From the NCBI RefSeq assembly GCF_000143415.4, contig NW_003314338.1:506202-570201 (forward strand): 64,000 bases of DNA. The letters are read 5' to 3'. Source of the DNA: Selaginella moellendorffii. Its lineage: Eukaryota > Plantae > Lycopodiophyta. The notes below the pieces were generated by a model, which had not been told where the DNA came from, did not search any database, and worked only from the letters and a program-made list of their open reading frames with translations. The position numbers and the translations under genes are program-made. This document shows, in pieces, positions 50,279 through 62,530 of the stretch. Position 1 is the first letter of the stretch. Every line of letters starts with the position of its first letter.

Positions 50279-53200
50279 TTACTTCCACTCACCAACAACC
50301 TTCAAGGAGGAGTTTTGAGCCATCTCCTTCTCGATCTCTTTCCTCCGAACCTCTGCATATTGCTCCACGCCGTGAGCCATGGCCTGGTGCTGGAAGTCGA
50401 GCGATCTCGACAGCGCTTGGAACCGGGCGGGATCACAAGCCGATATAGCTGGAAAACATAGAGCAAAACATTTCTACATGAGCGCTCGAAAGCGAAAAAG
50501 CTAGCATACCTTTTATGATGTCTGCGAAGAATATGAACGGGTCTACGTTATCAATGGCCGCTTGAAACTCTTCGTCGTCGATAAAGTCATCGTCGCTGTC
50601 GTCATCGTCGTCTCTAGGCTGGAAAGATTTTGCCTGGCGAGAAAGAAAAAATAAAAGCACTTAGATCTATCTAAACAGGTAAAAGAAAATCTATACGACC
50701 TGCGATGCTAGCTGTTGTAGCTTCTCGTTGTTCACTTCATCAGGGTCATCGTCGTCCCCGAGCTCTTTGTCCCAGTCCTCTTCGCCCGACTCCCAGCCAT
50801 CCATGTCGCCGTTCTCCGTCTCTTTCGCGTTTTCTAGATCACGGGAGTTTTGTTGATAAAAATGATCAAACAAATTGAAAGCTTTCTAGTTACCTGCAAC
50901 CTGGTCCTTGTATGCAATGAGCAGTCTGAGAACAGCTCTGAAAATTTGATCTAGCCCCGATTGAAGTTCTGCTGGCAATGCTGAACCGGGCAAACTAAGT
51001 ACCGATGCCAATCCCAAGACGCAGACTTTCTTGTCATGTTCCCTGTAAGCTTCCGACAATTAGTTTCAATACCCAATCGCGTAAGGAAAAGAATACCGTC
51101 TGAAATGAGCCGGTAGCCCGCTCCTCTTGACAGCATAGAGCATTTGGAACCAAGACTGGAAAACACTGGTGGTTAACCTTAACTTCTGGAGGACGTTGAG
51201 GCATAATGCTGGATTGTAATAGAGAGCATTTGCAACCTGCACAAGTGAATACGATAAGTCTGTTATCTGGAAAGAGTGCGCAAGTTACCACTTCTATAAG
51301 TAGATCTTTAAGACCGTTTTTTGTAGTCGTACCATATCTATCGAGGCTTATTTTAAGGTAAGGCTCAACCCACTCATCAACCCGACCTTTGCAATTTTGA
51401 AGAACGGATTCAATAAGTTTTGGTGCGGCTATAATGTCGGAATCATCCAGCTTCTCGTCAGACATTACCTATAAGAATGGACAAAGAAAATGAGTAAGCG
51501 GCAGTTGAGTTATGCATACCATCGATAAGGCCTTGAACAAGCTTTGTTGATAATCAGGAGACTTGCATGTCAAAAAGTGCTCCGTGCTTCTTGATATGTA
51601 ATTGTCGAGTGGGACGAGTATGTCTACAAGAAAGAATCGGAGTACAGGAGAAAAAAAAGATTAATAATGGATAAAAAAAACATAATCAAACTTACTCTCG
51701 AAGTAGTCTACTGCCCACTCATTCAATGCCTCCATGATAAGAGGCCAGAGAGTCCACATTTCCAAGGATATTGAAGGCGAATAATACGTCATGTACGACA
51801 CAATCTCCAGTACTTCCTCAAAAACATCTGGAGCATATTGCGTTAAAAACAGACATAGAGTGCCTTCAGAACTTCACCTTGTCCATCAGTAGTTAACATC
51901 TTCCGCATGATAGGAAGTAAGGTTGGTTCCATCTGCGGGAAAAGGTGTGGCAGAGCACTAACCGATTCGAGAATTGTCCCAATGGCTCTTAAACAGCCCA
52001 TGGCAGCGAGTGCTCCCGAGTCATCGTCATCCTCATCGGTCTCTGAGGACTGCAAGCACTTCCAAAAGGCGGCCGCCTGTCATGGAAAAACGGAAACGAT
52101 GAGAAAATCCGCTGCTAGAGTTTAGACAGTACCAGATTCTGGCATAAACCAAGAGCGTAAGGTGCCATCTCTTCGCCAAACTTGTTCACGATGGTCTCCA
52201 GAGTGAACACAAGATCCTCGTTCTCAACCTCGTTCATCAACTTAAAGAACTCTGGAAAGAAGAACTGAAGTTAGAAAGAATTTCAAGAGTGTACATGCAC
52301 TTGCCATCCAAAAGTTGAGGTAAGATTGCCCGAATCTCCCCAAGATCTGCCAAGAAAAAAGATTCAAGAACAAGGATAACAACTCGTGATCTGGAGTTAC
52401 CTTGAGATGCTTCGACAAAGGACCTGAGAGCGATCACAGAATCTACGCGCACTGGAAGGTCGGGATCTTTCAGAGCACATACAACACTTCGTAAAGCTGT
52501 CGTAAAATTTGCAGGATTAGCAAAGGTGATACGCGCATATTGTCCAGAAACCCACGCAGCCTGTAATAAATGATGAAGTTACTGACTGTCAAACAATTGA
52601 AGATGTTCCTCTACCTTGGCTCTCAAATGACCAGCGGGACTGTTAAATTCTGGGTAGACATGCTGAACGAGCATTTGCTCCAGCTGATGCTTGTAAGGAG
52701 AGATTTGCTTGAGCCGATCGCTCAAGGATCCGACAGCCAAGAGGGCGCCATCCTTTTGTCTGTATGGCTTTTGATTTGCGGGGGCGGCATCATATCTGTC
52801 CAAAATATGCATGTCAGTACATTACATATATGAACAAATAAAGACACCTGTTAAAAACCTCTACGACAAACTGCAAAAACTTTTGTAGATGTTCTTTACG
52901 CCTTCTAAAAAGCTCCAAAATAAAGTTTTGTGCAGCAGTTCGAGGGCTGTATAAATCTTCGATTATATCTGCGAAGTGGACAAAAAAGAAGGAAAAAAAA
53001 TCAAGGAACAGAAGAAACAAGCAAAAGTAATGACGAGATGCATACCATATCCTTTTCTCACATACTCATGAGGGTCGTCTCTCCAAAGTTGCTCGTCAAT
53101 CGAGTTAAAGCACATGAGAGGAAAGATAATCTCGAACAGTATTAAGTCGAGTTGAGGCTTCATCTGTTGGTATGTTTGAGGTTTGGACACGCTGTCAAAC

Positions 53201-54819
53201 AAATAAAACGTGAGATGGCATTGAAGCACAAACTCTTACCATGTGGAAAGATATTGAAGAGAAAGGTTTAAAACTCTATCCGTCAAATACTCGCCCCGCT
53301 TGTAGACGCCCAAAAGATTCATGTAAGACTGCAGAAACTTGTCAGCAAAGTGTGTCTGGAACATTTCTGAGAAGTCCGAGCACTTGGATGATTTTGGATC
53401 ACCAAAGCTGCAAAAGAAAACCCGCCTTAGAGACAAAACCACACGCTAAAAAACTTACCGATTATATAGCCGGTTCACAATGTGCAGAGTCCACTTCTTC
53501 ACTTTCCACCATCCCCACGACTTACGCATCTCTAGATCGGCTGGCTGGCCCTCCGAAGGAACAGGTCTCTCGACAAGATTAAGGAAGCAGGTCATCCATC
53601 CCGTACACGTATTTAGATTACATAGAATGGGTGGAATATCTAGCTGCAAGATTGAAACCGTAAAGATCAGTCACGAAAAGGCGTGAAAGAAAGAAATCAC
53701 ATACATATGTTGACGACCAAAAGATCTTGCAGATGAGCTTGATAAGGTCCGCAACCTCAATGGGAGGATTTGGTAACGAAATAAGATACTTCAGGATCTC
53801 TAAGAGCACTGGAAACATTGTGTCAAAAATCGCGTTGATAGGCATTCGATCACTATCCTCTTTAAACCTTGACAAGCAAAGAGAGGAGCGTAAGTTTCTA
53901 AAACTCTTGACATGATACTTTCTTACTCGTATTTCCGTGTAAGGATCCGCAATGCGTGCAATGCACCGTTGATCCGTTGTTGATCCTGAGACTTTAGATT
54001 ACTATCGATCCCCGGTACGAGGGAGGGCCAGCGGTCGGGAAAATCACAGTGCACCATTGTTTTCAAGCATTCGGCAAGCTGGACCCTGTTCATATACGCA
54101 ACCATTAAACAAATCTCATTCAAGCGCACTGAAAAAGCAAAGCTTTTCCCATTAAAGAACAGAGAAATAAAAACGAAAGAAACTATTCAAGCATGGACGA
54201 AGAACTACATAGAAGAAAAAGGAAGAACTAGTACAGACCTTATACAAGCATGAACGAAGAACTAGTGAACCATTCAAGAATACATCGAGCAAAAGGAAGA
54301 TCGAGCAAACCATTTTTTCGAAGAACTAGTTACAGACCTCAAGAGAGATGGAACGTGAATGAGGGCCTCGAGAATGTTGTTGCGTATGGTGTTCCTATCG
54401 GTCTCGGATAGCTTGGGAAGATGGCCTGGAAAAGCAAAAACAAAGCTTTCTATGCTTTTGATCGACTCCTCGCACATCACGTACCATCTCGAGGACTCCA
54501 CTCGCGAGAGAGCACATTCTTGAAATAAATACTCGCAATCTGGCGCACGGAGAGCTCCAAATTCGTCGAGACGATAATCTGTAGCAGTCGCACCAAATGC
54601 CCCTCGGCGAGCTCACACTGCGAGGAAAAAGGAATTCCATTCACATCAGCGCTTCATCCGATCGGATCTAAGACAGAGAGAAGAAGACTGACTGATCGAG
54701 CTCTCGATCAAACGATCGATCGCCATTACCTGCTTGAGGCGCTCCTCACCAGCTTTTCTTTCATCGAGGTTCCGGCTGAGAGCTAGCTGCAAGACGGCGA
54801 CGAGCGACTGGACATCCAT
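50279..54819 (-). CDS. SAD2: Importin-beta-like protein, SAD2/importin-7/8 type, about 20 short introns
   Basis: [107 protein letters not shown], acidic C-terminus. Confidence 0.95.
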
Positions 54820-54934
54820 TCCCAGTCGTGCGTAGAGCGCCGGGCCAAAACCCTAGCGCCTCCAACGCAATTTCTGCCCCACTCTAGGGTTTAGGGCTCC
54901 TCTTCTCTCTCTCTCTCTCTCACACGGGCGAGAC
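54820..54934. promoter_or_regulatory. 115-bp ATG-to-ATG spacer / putative bidirectional promoter with opposed telo-boxes, a GGGCC element and a (CT)n tract
   Basis: gggccaaaaccctag at about 54842-54856, ctagggtttaggg at about 54884-54896, (CT)n at about 54904-54921, between divergent SAD2 and rpL27. Confidence 0.65.
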
Positions 54935-56144
54935 ATGGCGGCATTGGCACGGCGCTGCGGCATCTTCCAGCAGCTCGCGGCGCGATCTTCTCCTCCTATC
55001 GGTTCGTGATCCTAGTCGTGGCAGATTCACCAGGTCTTAGAATATTTTCAAGCTGAGGATCAGTGCGATGTCGCTCGCGATCGATCTTTGTGCCTTGCGC
55101 TGTATGCTTGATTGCATTTCGGGATTTCGGGTCTTCGTGTGAGAGGAGAGTTTTTCTTGCTGAGGATCAAAGTTTTGTCTTTGTGGCATTTTTTATTCGT
55201 TCCTTGCGCTACATGCATTTGTTTGTTCTTGTTACTTCGCTGTTTTGGTGGTCAGTGTGTGAATTTATAGTCGTGGAAAGTTTCTGTGGGAAAACTTGTC
55301 GTTCGTTCTCTTACTCGTTCTTTCAATCTCGCTGAGCGTGTTTTTCCTTCTTCCAGATTTTGATCCACAGGCTAGAGCGCTACCACTTCTCTTCAAGAGA
55401 TGGGCCACGAAGAAGGCCGGTGGGTCTACGGACAATGGCAAGGATTCCAAGCCAAAGTACCTGGGTTTGAAGAAGTCTGGTGGAGAGGTATGCCGTTCTT
55501 CACGCTTCTCTAGATGAATTCTTTCAGGTTTAGCGAGCTTTCGTTGACACGGGTTTTTTTTCTTGGACGATCAGAAAGTTATTCCTGGGAACATCATCGT
55601 TCGTCAGCGAGGCACGCGATTCCATCCCGGTGACTTCGTTGGCATGGGCCGTGACAGAACCATCTACGCGCTCATCGAAGGCACAGTCAGATTCGAGATG
55701 AACAAGAAGACCCAGCGAAAGTGGATTCACGTAGACCCGGCCAATCCACCACCTCTTCATCCGCTCTTCCTCAAGCCGGAGGAGATCGTGAAGCCCAAGC
55801 CGAGGAAAGTGAGAGTCCAGTCCAAGCAGCAGAAGATGAAGTGGTGGAAGCAGGAGCACACTGGTCCCGGGCCGACCGAGAAACGAACGCTCCCAGCGCT
55901 GTGCCTGCTGGATCCATCAGCAACACCAGCGGATCCGGGTGACGCTCCTCGGAAGCCAGCGACTAGAATGGCTCGTAGAGCGGCTCTTGCGAAGAAGAGG
56001 ATCCGCTCCAGAGAATTCAACGCCAAGAGACTGGAGAAGGGTACTCACAAGGTCTCTAAACCGGAGGAGAGGATCGTTAAGGCAGTGGAGAAAAGCACTA
56101 AGGCAGGAGGGAAGAACACTAAGACAGAGAAACTCCCGGCTTAG
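54935..56144 (+). CDS. RPL27: Organellar (probably mitochondrial) ribosomal protein bL27 with a long basic C-terminal extension, 3 exons
   Basis: [22 protein letters not shown] / [44 protein letters not shown] / [40 protein letters not shown]. Confidence 0.95.
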
Positions 56145-56181
56145 CAGCAGCTCCTGGCATCGATGTGAACTATCTTCTTAG

Positions 56182-58505
56182 CTAGGCTGGCGTCGTCTCT
56201 GGAGGGATTGGATCAGCTCGACTCCACAGCTTTTGCTTCGCTTCTTTCCAAATGCGGGGCTACCGGGGACCTGGCACAGGCAAAGCGTCTCCATGCTCGG
56301 CTCGCGAGATATCCCAGATGGGAGCTCGACACCTTTGTGGGAAATCACGTCGTCAAGATGTACGCGAGCTGTGGCAGCGTGGAAGATGCAAAGGCAGCGT
56401 TTGAAAGGATCCGGCCGCGCAATGTTTTCTCCTGGAACATCATGCTCTCGGCCTATGCCCAGAAGGGACACCTCCGCGAGGCAAGGGAGCTGTTTGACAA
56501 GATGGAGAAGAGGGACGTGGTTTCATGGACGACTTTGCTCAGTGGCTATGCTCAGATGGGGTATGTGGACGAGGCCAGGGGATTGTTCGACAGGATGAAG
56601 CAGCACAGTGGAGTGTCGTGGAGCTCGATGATTTCGGCTTATGCCCAGAACGGGTATCCCAGTGAAGCGCTGGAGATCTTCTGGGCGATGAGCCTGGAGG
56701 GTGTGAAGCCGAGGACGAGCACTTGGGTGTCCGTGATTGATTCGTGTGGCAGTGCTTTGGCTGTCAAGGATGGTGACGTGCTTCGCCAAGCTGTGAAAGA
56801 CGCGGGGCTTGAAGGAGATGTCGTGGTCGGGACTGCTCTCGTCGATATGCTTGGGAAGTTTGGCAAGCCCGAGGAAGCCTGGCGGGTCTTCGCTGGGATT
56901 TCAGAGAAGAACACCATATCCTGGAATGCTATCATGTCGGCGTTCGCGCGGAATGATCGTTTCCAGGAGGCACTCCGGGTGTTCCAGACGATGTGCTTGG
57001 AAGGTGCCGAGCACGACAGTGTGACTTTTCTCAACGTTTTCAGCGTTTGCTCCAAAGCTCCCACACTGGCTTTCGAAGGTGAGTGCTGGTACCAGAGGCT
57101 TTTGGAAGCTGGTTTTGCATTCGACTGCTCTTTGGAGACTGCTGTGGTTAACATGTGTGTCAACTCCCGTAGGCTCGAGCAGGCATTTCGTGTATTCGAC
57201 GGGATGATTCGAAAGAGTGCCGTGACATGGACGATTCTGCTAAGAGCTTGCGGCCAAAGTGGTGATGCGAGAAAGGCTCTCAAGATGCTGGCGCTCATGG
57301 ACCAAGACGGAATTCCTCCGGACAAAATCGTTATTCTCAGCCTTTTGGAGTCTTGCAGCTCGAGCCTGAGCTTCGGCAGCGTGCAACGAGTCATCGAACT
57401 TCACAGAGATGTTGTCGAAGGTACCGGTTTTCATTCAGACTCTAAAGTTGGAACCGCGCTTATCATGCTCTATAGCAGGTGTGGGAGCTTGGAGCACGCA
57501 AAAGCGTCGTTCGATGGCATTGTTCGCGGCACTGTTGCTTCCTGGACTGCAATGATCGTGGCATACATCCAGAGTGGTGAGTGCCACAGCGCCTTGCAGC
57601 TCTTCAGCACAATGGACTTGGAAGGTATTCATCCGGACACCGTAACTTTTGGCTACGTTCTCAGCGTGTGTGCCAATGCAGGAGCTCGTCAACACGGGAA
57701 AGCAATACACTCGGCTATTTTCGAGGCTGGGATCGACACAAGCGGCGCACTGGGAATCGCCCTGGTGAAGATGTACGAGAGATGCGGCAGCGTGACTGAA
57801 TCCACAAAGCTCTTCAAGGAGATGCCCGAGCGTTCTCCACACCGGCTGATAGCAGGCTTGCATTGCCAGCAGATGGACGAGAAAGAGGTGGAGGAGATGT
57901 TCCAGGCCATGGACTTGGAAGGCCGGAGTTTGGACAGGGAAGCCGCCATCGCCACCATCACCGCGTGCTGGCAGAGCTCCATCGCCAGGACGATCCACGC
58001 TCGAGTTCTGGAGTCCGAGTGGAGCCTCGACTCCAACTTAACGGCGGCGCTCATCAACATGCACGGGAAGTGTGGCAATCTCCGCGAGGCCAGGAGAGTT
58101 TTCGACGAGCTTGGCAGTGGCCGGGACAGTGTGTTGTGGACGAGCATCATGGCTGCGTACTCCCGCGACAGTGGTGCCAAGAGCTGTCAAGAGATCTTCG
58201 AGCTGTTTGGGATGATGAGCTTGGAGGGCGTGGCTCCCAGCGGTGTGAGCTTCATCATCGTGCTCACGACGTGCAGCCATGCCGGGATGCTGGGAAGAGC
58301 AGTGGAGTGCGTGAGGTGGATGATCCAGGATTTTGGAATGGAGGCTGGGGGTTACCATTTGGCGTGCGTGGTTGATCTGCTGGGACGCGCTGGTCGAGGT
58401 GATGATGCGGCAGAGGTTGTAAACAGGATGCTTGTAGAGAATAGAGCGGCATTGTCTTTGATGTATTTCGACACACTGGTAGAAGACAAAAAAAGCTTGC
58501 ATTGA
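56182..58505 (+). CDS. PLS-class PPR protein ending at S2 or a truncated E domain; start unresolved
   Basis: P-L-S triplets (FASLLSKC, VVKMYASCGSVEDA, NVFSWNIMLSAYAQKG ... SFIIVLTTCSHAG, HLACVVDLLGRAG). No in-frame ATG between the stop at 56166 and the ATG at 56358. Confidence 0.9.
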
Positions 58506-58854
58506 TCAGTATTAAAAAAATCCCTATTTTGGGATTGTCTTTGATAGTATTTTAAGAATCAGAAAATTAGTACAGTACTTGTTTGTATATACAGAGATAT
58601 CCTCAAAATGAGTCACAACGAAATACTCATTTTGGGCATTTACAAAATCTTTGGCGTTCTGCAACCATATGATGATTCAACAATGTTACATTTAGAAAAA
58701 AATTATGTTTATTTAATGAATTTTTCATTAAAAATTTAATTTTATAACATTTTGTGAGTGCTTCAGGTATGGAATTAAATACATTAATTGGGGTTTAGAT
58801 TTTTACTTATTTACAAATTAGCATATTATCTAATTAAAGATAATATATATGTAT

Positions 58855-58888
<34 letters not shown>

Positions 58889-61800
58889 TTATATTTATTT
58901 ATTTATAAACCTTACATTATGCTTCTATTCAGAAGATGAAAAAGGTGATGATGATAAATCAAGATAAATATCTTTTACTAGATCAATTGTAGAGTACCAC
59001 AAGAACTTAAAATTCCTATGGAACCACTAACATAATTGTTAACAATTATGATTGAAAAAAAACCCAAAACCATAATATAAGCATCAATTGACTATAGAAT
59101 CTTGATGAATTTATTGCAATTCTATGCACAACCACTTAATGTTTGAACAAACTTCAAAGTTATAACTTTGAACTGAAGCAAAGGATTTCAAAGCCACTAT
59201 TGTCCATAAAGCATCAATGCAACAAATAATACATCTATATTAAATTTCCCCACTAATAATTCTTCAAGACCATTGTTAAATCAGATTTATGACCACAAGT
59301 AAAACTTACTTTTACATCTTCCCTTTGGTCAACATTAAGAAATTGTGTTAACTCAAACTCATAACCTTTGTCCTTGTTCAATATTGTATATGGGATGTTA
59401 GATTCATTCTATTTGTCCTCTATATCTTTTTTCTATCTTCTTCAAACGAAAAAAATTTTTAAAGCATTAGTTTTGTTAAGACTTGCTACACTCATCTTTA
59501 CTCCACCATTTATATTTAACTTCATTCCATTATTACATCCATTTAACCTTAATACATTAAAGGTAGATTTGCTATGTTCCTCCTCACTCCACAATTCATA
59601 TTGTTATTCCTATCCTCTAAAGGAAAAAGAGTTTGAAGTTTTAGGGTGAAAAAGAAAAAGTAAAAGAATTTGAGGAAGAAATATTATGGAAAAAGAAAAA
59701 GTGGATAAAAAATCATCAAAAGAGGAATTTTTAGCAACTATCAATATACATCAGCCAGCACAAAATAAGCAAGAAATTCATGCCATGTAACCTCTTGAAC
59801 ACACAACTTAATATTTGAGATAAAAAAACAATATATAAACTCATCAACAACAATGATAAAGTAAAGGCTATTAGTGGCACTTATAATTTGGGATGTGCAT
59901 TCAACTTGAAACTTTAACAAAAGTAACTCAGCTTTTGGAATAGAGGAATACTTAATATCAAAATTAATTAATAACTATTAATAAAATAAAAGTAAAATTT
60001 CCAATTTCATGCATATGCTCAACATCTAAATTAATATAAGGAAGATAGAAAATACTCAACTCAACACTATATTGAGAAGGAGAATCATAAAAGTCATAAA
60101 TGATCAATGTGTAAAGAGAAGGAAATATTGCATATGACAAAAAAACACTAGAAACATAAAAAAGTGGCTCAAGTCAGGAAATAAAAAAAAATATTAGGAA
60201 ACATTTGTCAAGAATCAAACTATATCATTCATAACTCTCCAATCAATGTTATAAACATTCTTCACATTAATGGTTTAGGGTTTAGGGTTTAGCAAAACAC
60301 TAAGAAAAGAAAAAGCTTTGTAATCATATCCCATAGAATCTAAAGATAGCAATACAGTAAGGATGAGCACACCATCAATATGATTACACCTTATACCACT
60401 AAAAGCATAATTTAATAGAGTAACATCAGCAACCTTAAGTGACATACTTTTTAATCGATAGGAATAAAGAAATACAATGAAAATCAAAAGAAGAATAAAT
60501 TTAAGCACAACAATAATTAGAATTCTAGATCTTGCAAAAAGCTAAAACAAACTTAGATCTAAAAGAGAAAGAAAAAAAGAAAATAAAAACCACAATCCTA
60601 AATACTAAAGCCAAATACTCTTAAAAAAATTTGCCTTCTAGAGATAAATTGCAATGCCCCTCCTAATGTGAATGTTTGGGGATATTAATTGAGGTTTAGA
60701 ACCCTATTAGATAGACCAGATTTAGTTCTAATAGACAGTTTATATGCTATAGTTAGCGTATTATCTAGGCAAGGTAATATATGTATGTATATATATATAT
60801 ATATATATTTATTTATTTATAAACTTTATAGTTTTAAAAAAATGATATGCAAAAAATGCTAAAGTTAAAGCTATCTTAAAGGGTCTTTTGTTTTTAGGCT
60901 AAAATTTCACTACATATTTTTTCAGTTTAAAATTTAAAATATAAACTTCTACTACTTTTTGGTTTGCTTAAGCAAACCTATATGGTAGTGAATATACCTA
61001 GAATATGCTTGGATATTTTACGATATTTTACCATTTAATGGTTGTTATTCATTTAGATTAATTTTGTATTTATAATTTATAAATATGTTTATAATCTATA
61101 AACTTTTTTAAAACATTTATAGTATATTATTTTTTAATCTATCATCTAATTATTGATATGCAATAAGATTAGTCTTATGTTTATAAATTAAAAACACGCT
61201 TATAATTATAAATTTTATTTGATCAATTGGATTAATAAGTAAAAATAGCATTACCATTAAGCAAACCAAATGTTGCTAGATGCAATGCATAGCAATTTAT
61301 TTTTAATAATCATTACATTTTTATAGTTATAGTTGTGTATAAAGTCTATATGGAAAAAGAAATTGTATTAAACAGAAGCAATGTTTTATTTTATTTGGGC
61401 CCTATTTAATTTAACCTAGGAATTAAATATTTACTTGAGAAAAAAAAATTATTGAGCTTATCCAATACTCTAATGAAATCATTTGGTAGATTGTAACACC
61501 ATTCTTTTCTCCACGTTTATGTAATTATTCATTTAGTGGATGGTAATAAAAGTTGTAGCACCATTCTTTTCTCAAAATTTATGTAGTTCAAGTATTCTAC
61601 AGTTCTTTTCTCAGAGTTATATAGTCCAAGTGTTCTACAGACTCCATTCAAACCCATGGAATTCATCAAATACGAAGTCCATAGTTTAGGATCAGCAACT
61701 CCCAATTGTGGCAATCATGAAAGGTTGTGGACAGAATTTGGAAGGTAAGCTTATTGTTTATGAGTGTATTATTCCTAAACATTAGAGTTCTGGGTAAATA

Positions 61801-62147
61801 TGTTTCCTGTAAGAATTTTATGGTGACTCAACAATGCTACATTGCAACCACACGAAAATGAAGCGATTTAGCATTACATTAAGGCCATGTTTATCGCATA
61901 AAATTAGTGGTATCCTCAATGCAATGATGCAACAAAATGCCCATTCTGGGCATTTGCGGAGACCGGTAAGATTTCTATGACAACTTGACAATTGTACATG
62001 ACAAGCACACCAACAATGAAGAGATTTAGCATTCCAAAGAGGACATGTTTCTTGGATTGCATTCATCCTCCTGGGAAAATTCATGCATTAGATTCTTACA
62101 TTTTTCTTGCTTTTCCCATTCTGAATTGATCCCTGACAGGGCTGCGC

Positions 62148-62399
62148 CTATTTCTTCCTGCTGCTCTTGCCAGCGGCCTTGGCCTCCGCCTCGGCATCCG
62201 GCTTGTCCGCCTCCACAAATGCCCGGTTGAGCGAGTGCCAAAACTCCACCGCTCCATCGTCCCAAGGCTTCACTCCATAGATGAGACAGTCATGGTAGAA
62301 ATTGGGCTTCCCTCCAGACGCGCCCATATGGGGCTTGGAATTGGGAGACGATTGCCAGACATAAAGCCCTTGCCAAGAAAGCACATTCGTTCTAGCCAC
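62148..62399 (-). CDS. Small unknown ORF (83 aa) divergent from MOT; gene or gene fragment
   Basis: ATG-initiated, gene-like GC in AT-rich surroundings, basic C-terminus (KAAGKSSRKK). No family recognised. Confidence 0.3.
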   Translation of the reverse strand: MARTNVLSWQGLYVWQSSPNSKPHMGASGGKPNFYHDCLIYGVKPWDDGAVEFWHSLNRAFVEADKPDAEAEAKAAGKSSRKK

Positions 62400-62530
62400 G
62401 GCATATTCTGTTTGCCTGCTAGAATATGCTTTGACAGAGAGAGACTATTCCGTTTGTTTTGTCCAAGAATATGCTTAATTTGAAAATAAATATTCTTGAA
62501 TATTTTTATCTCCAAGGGGCAAGCTAAGCT

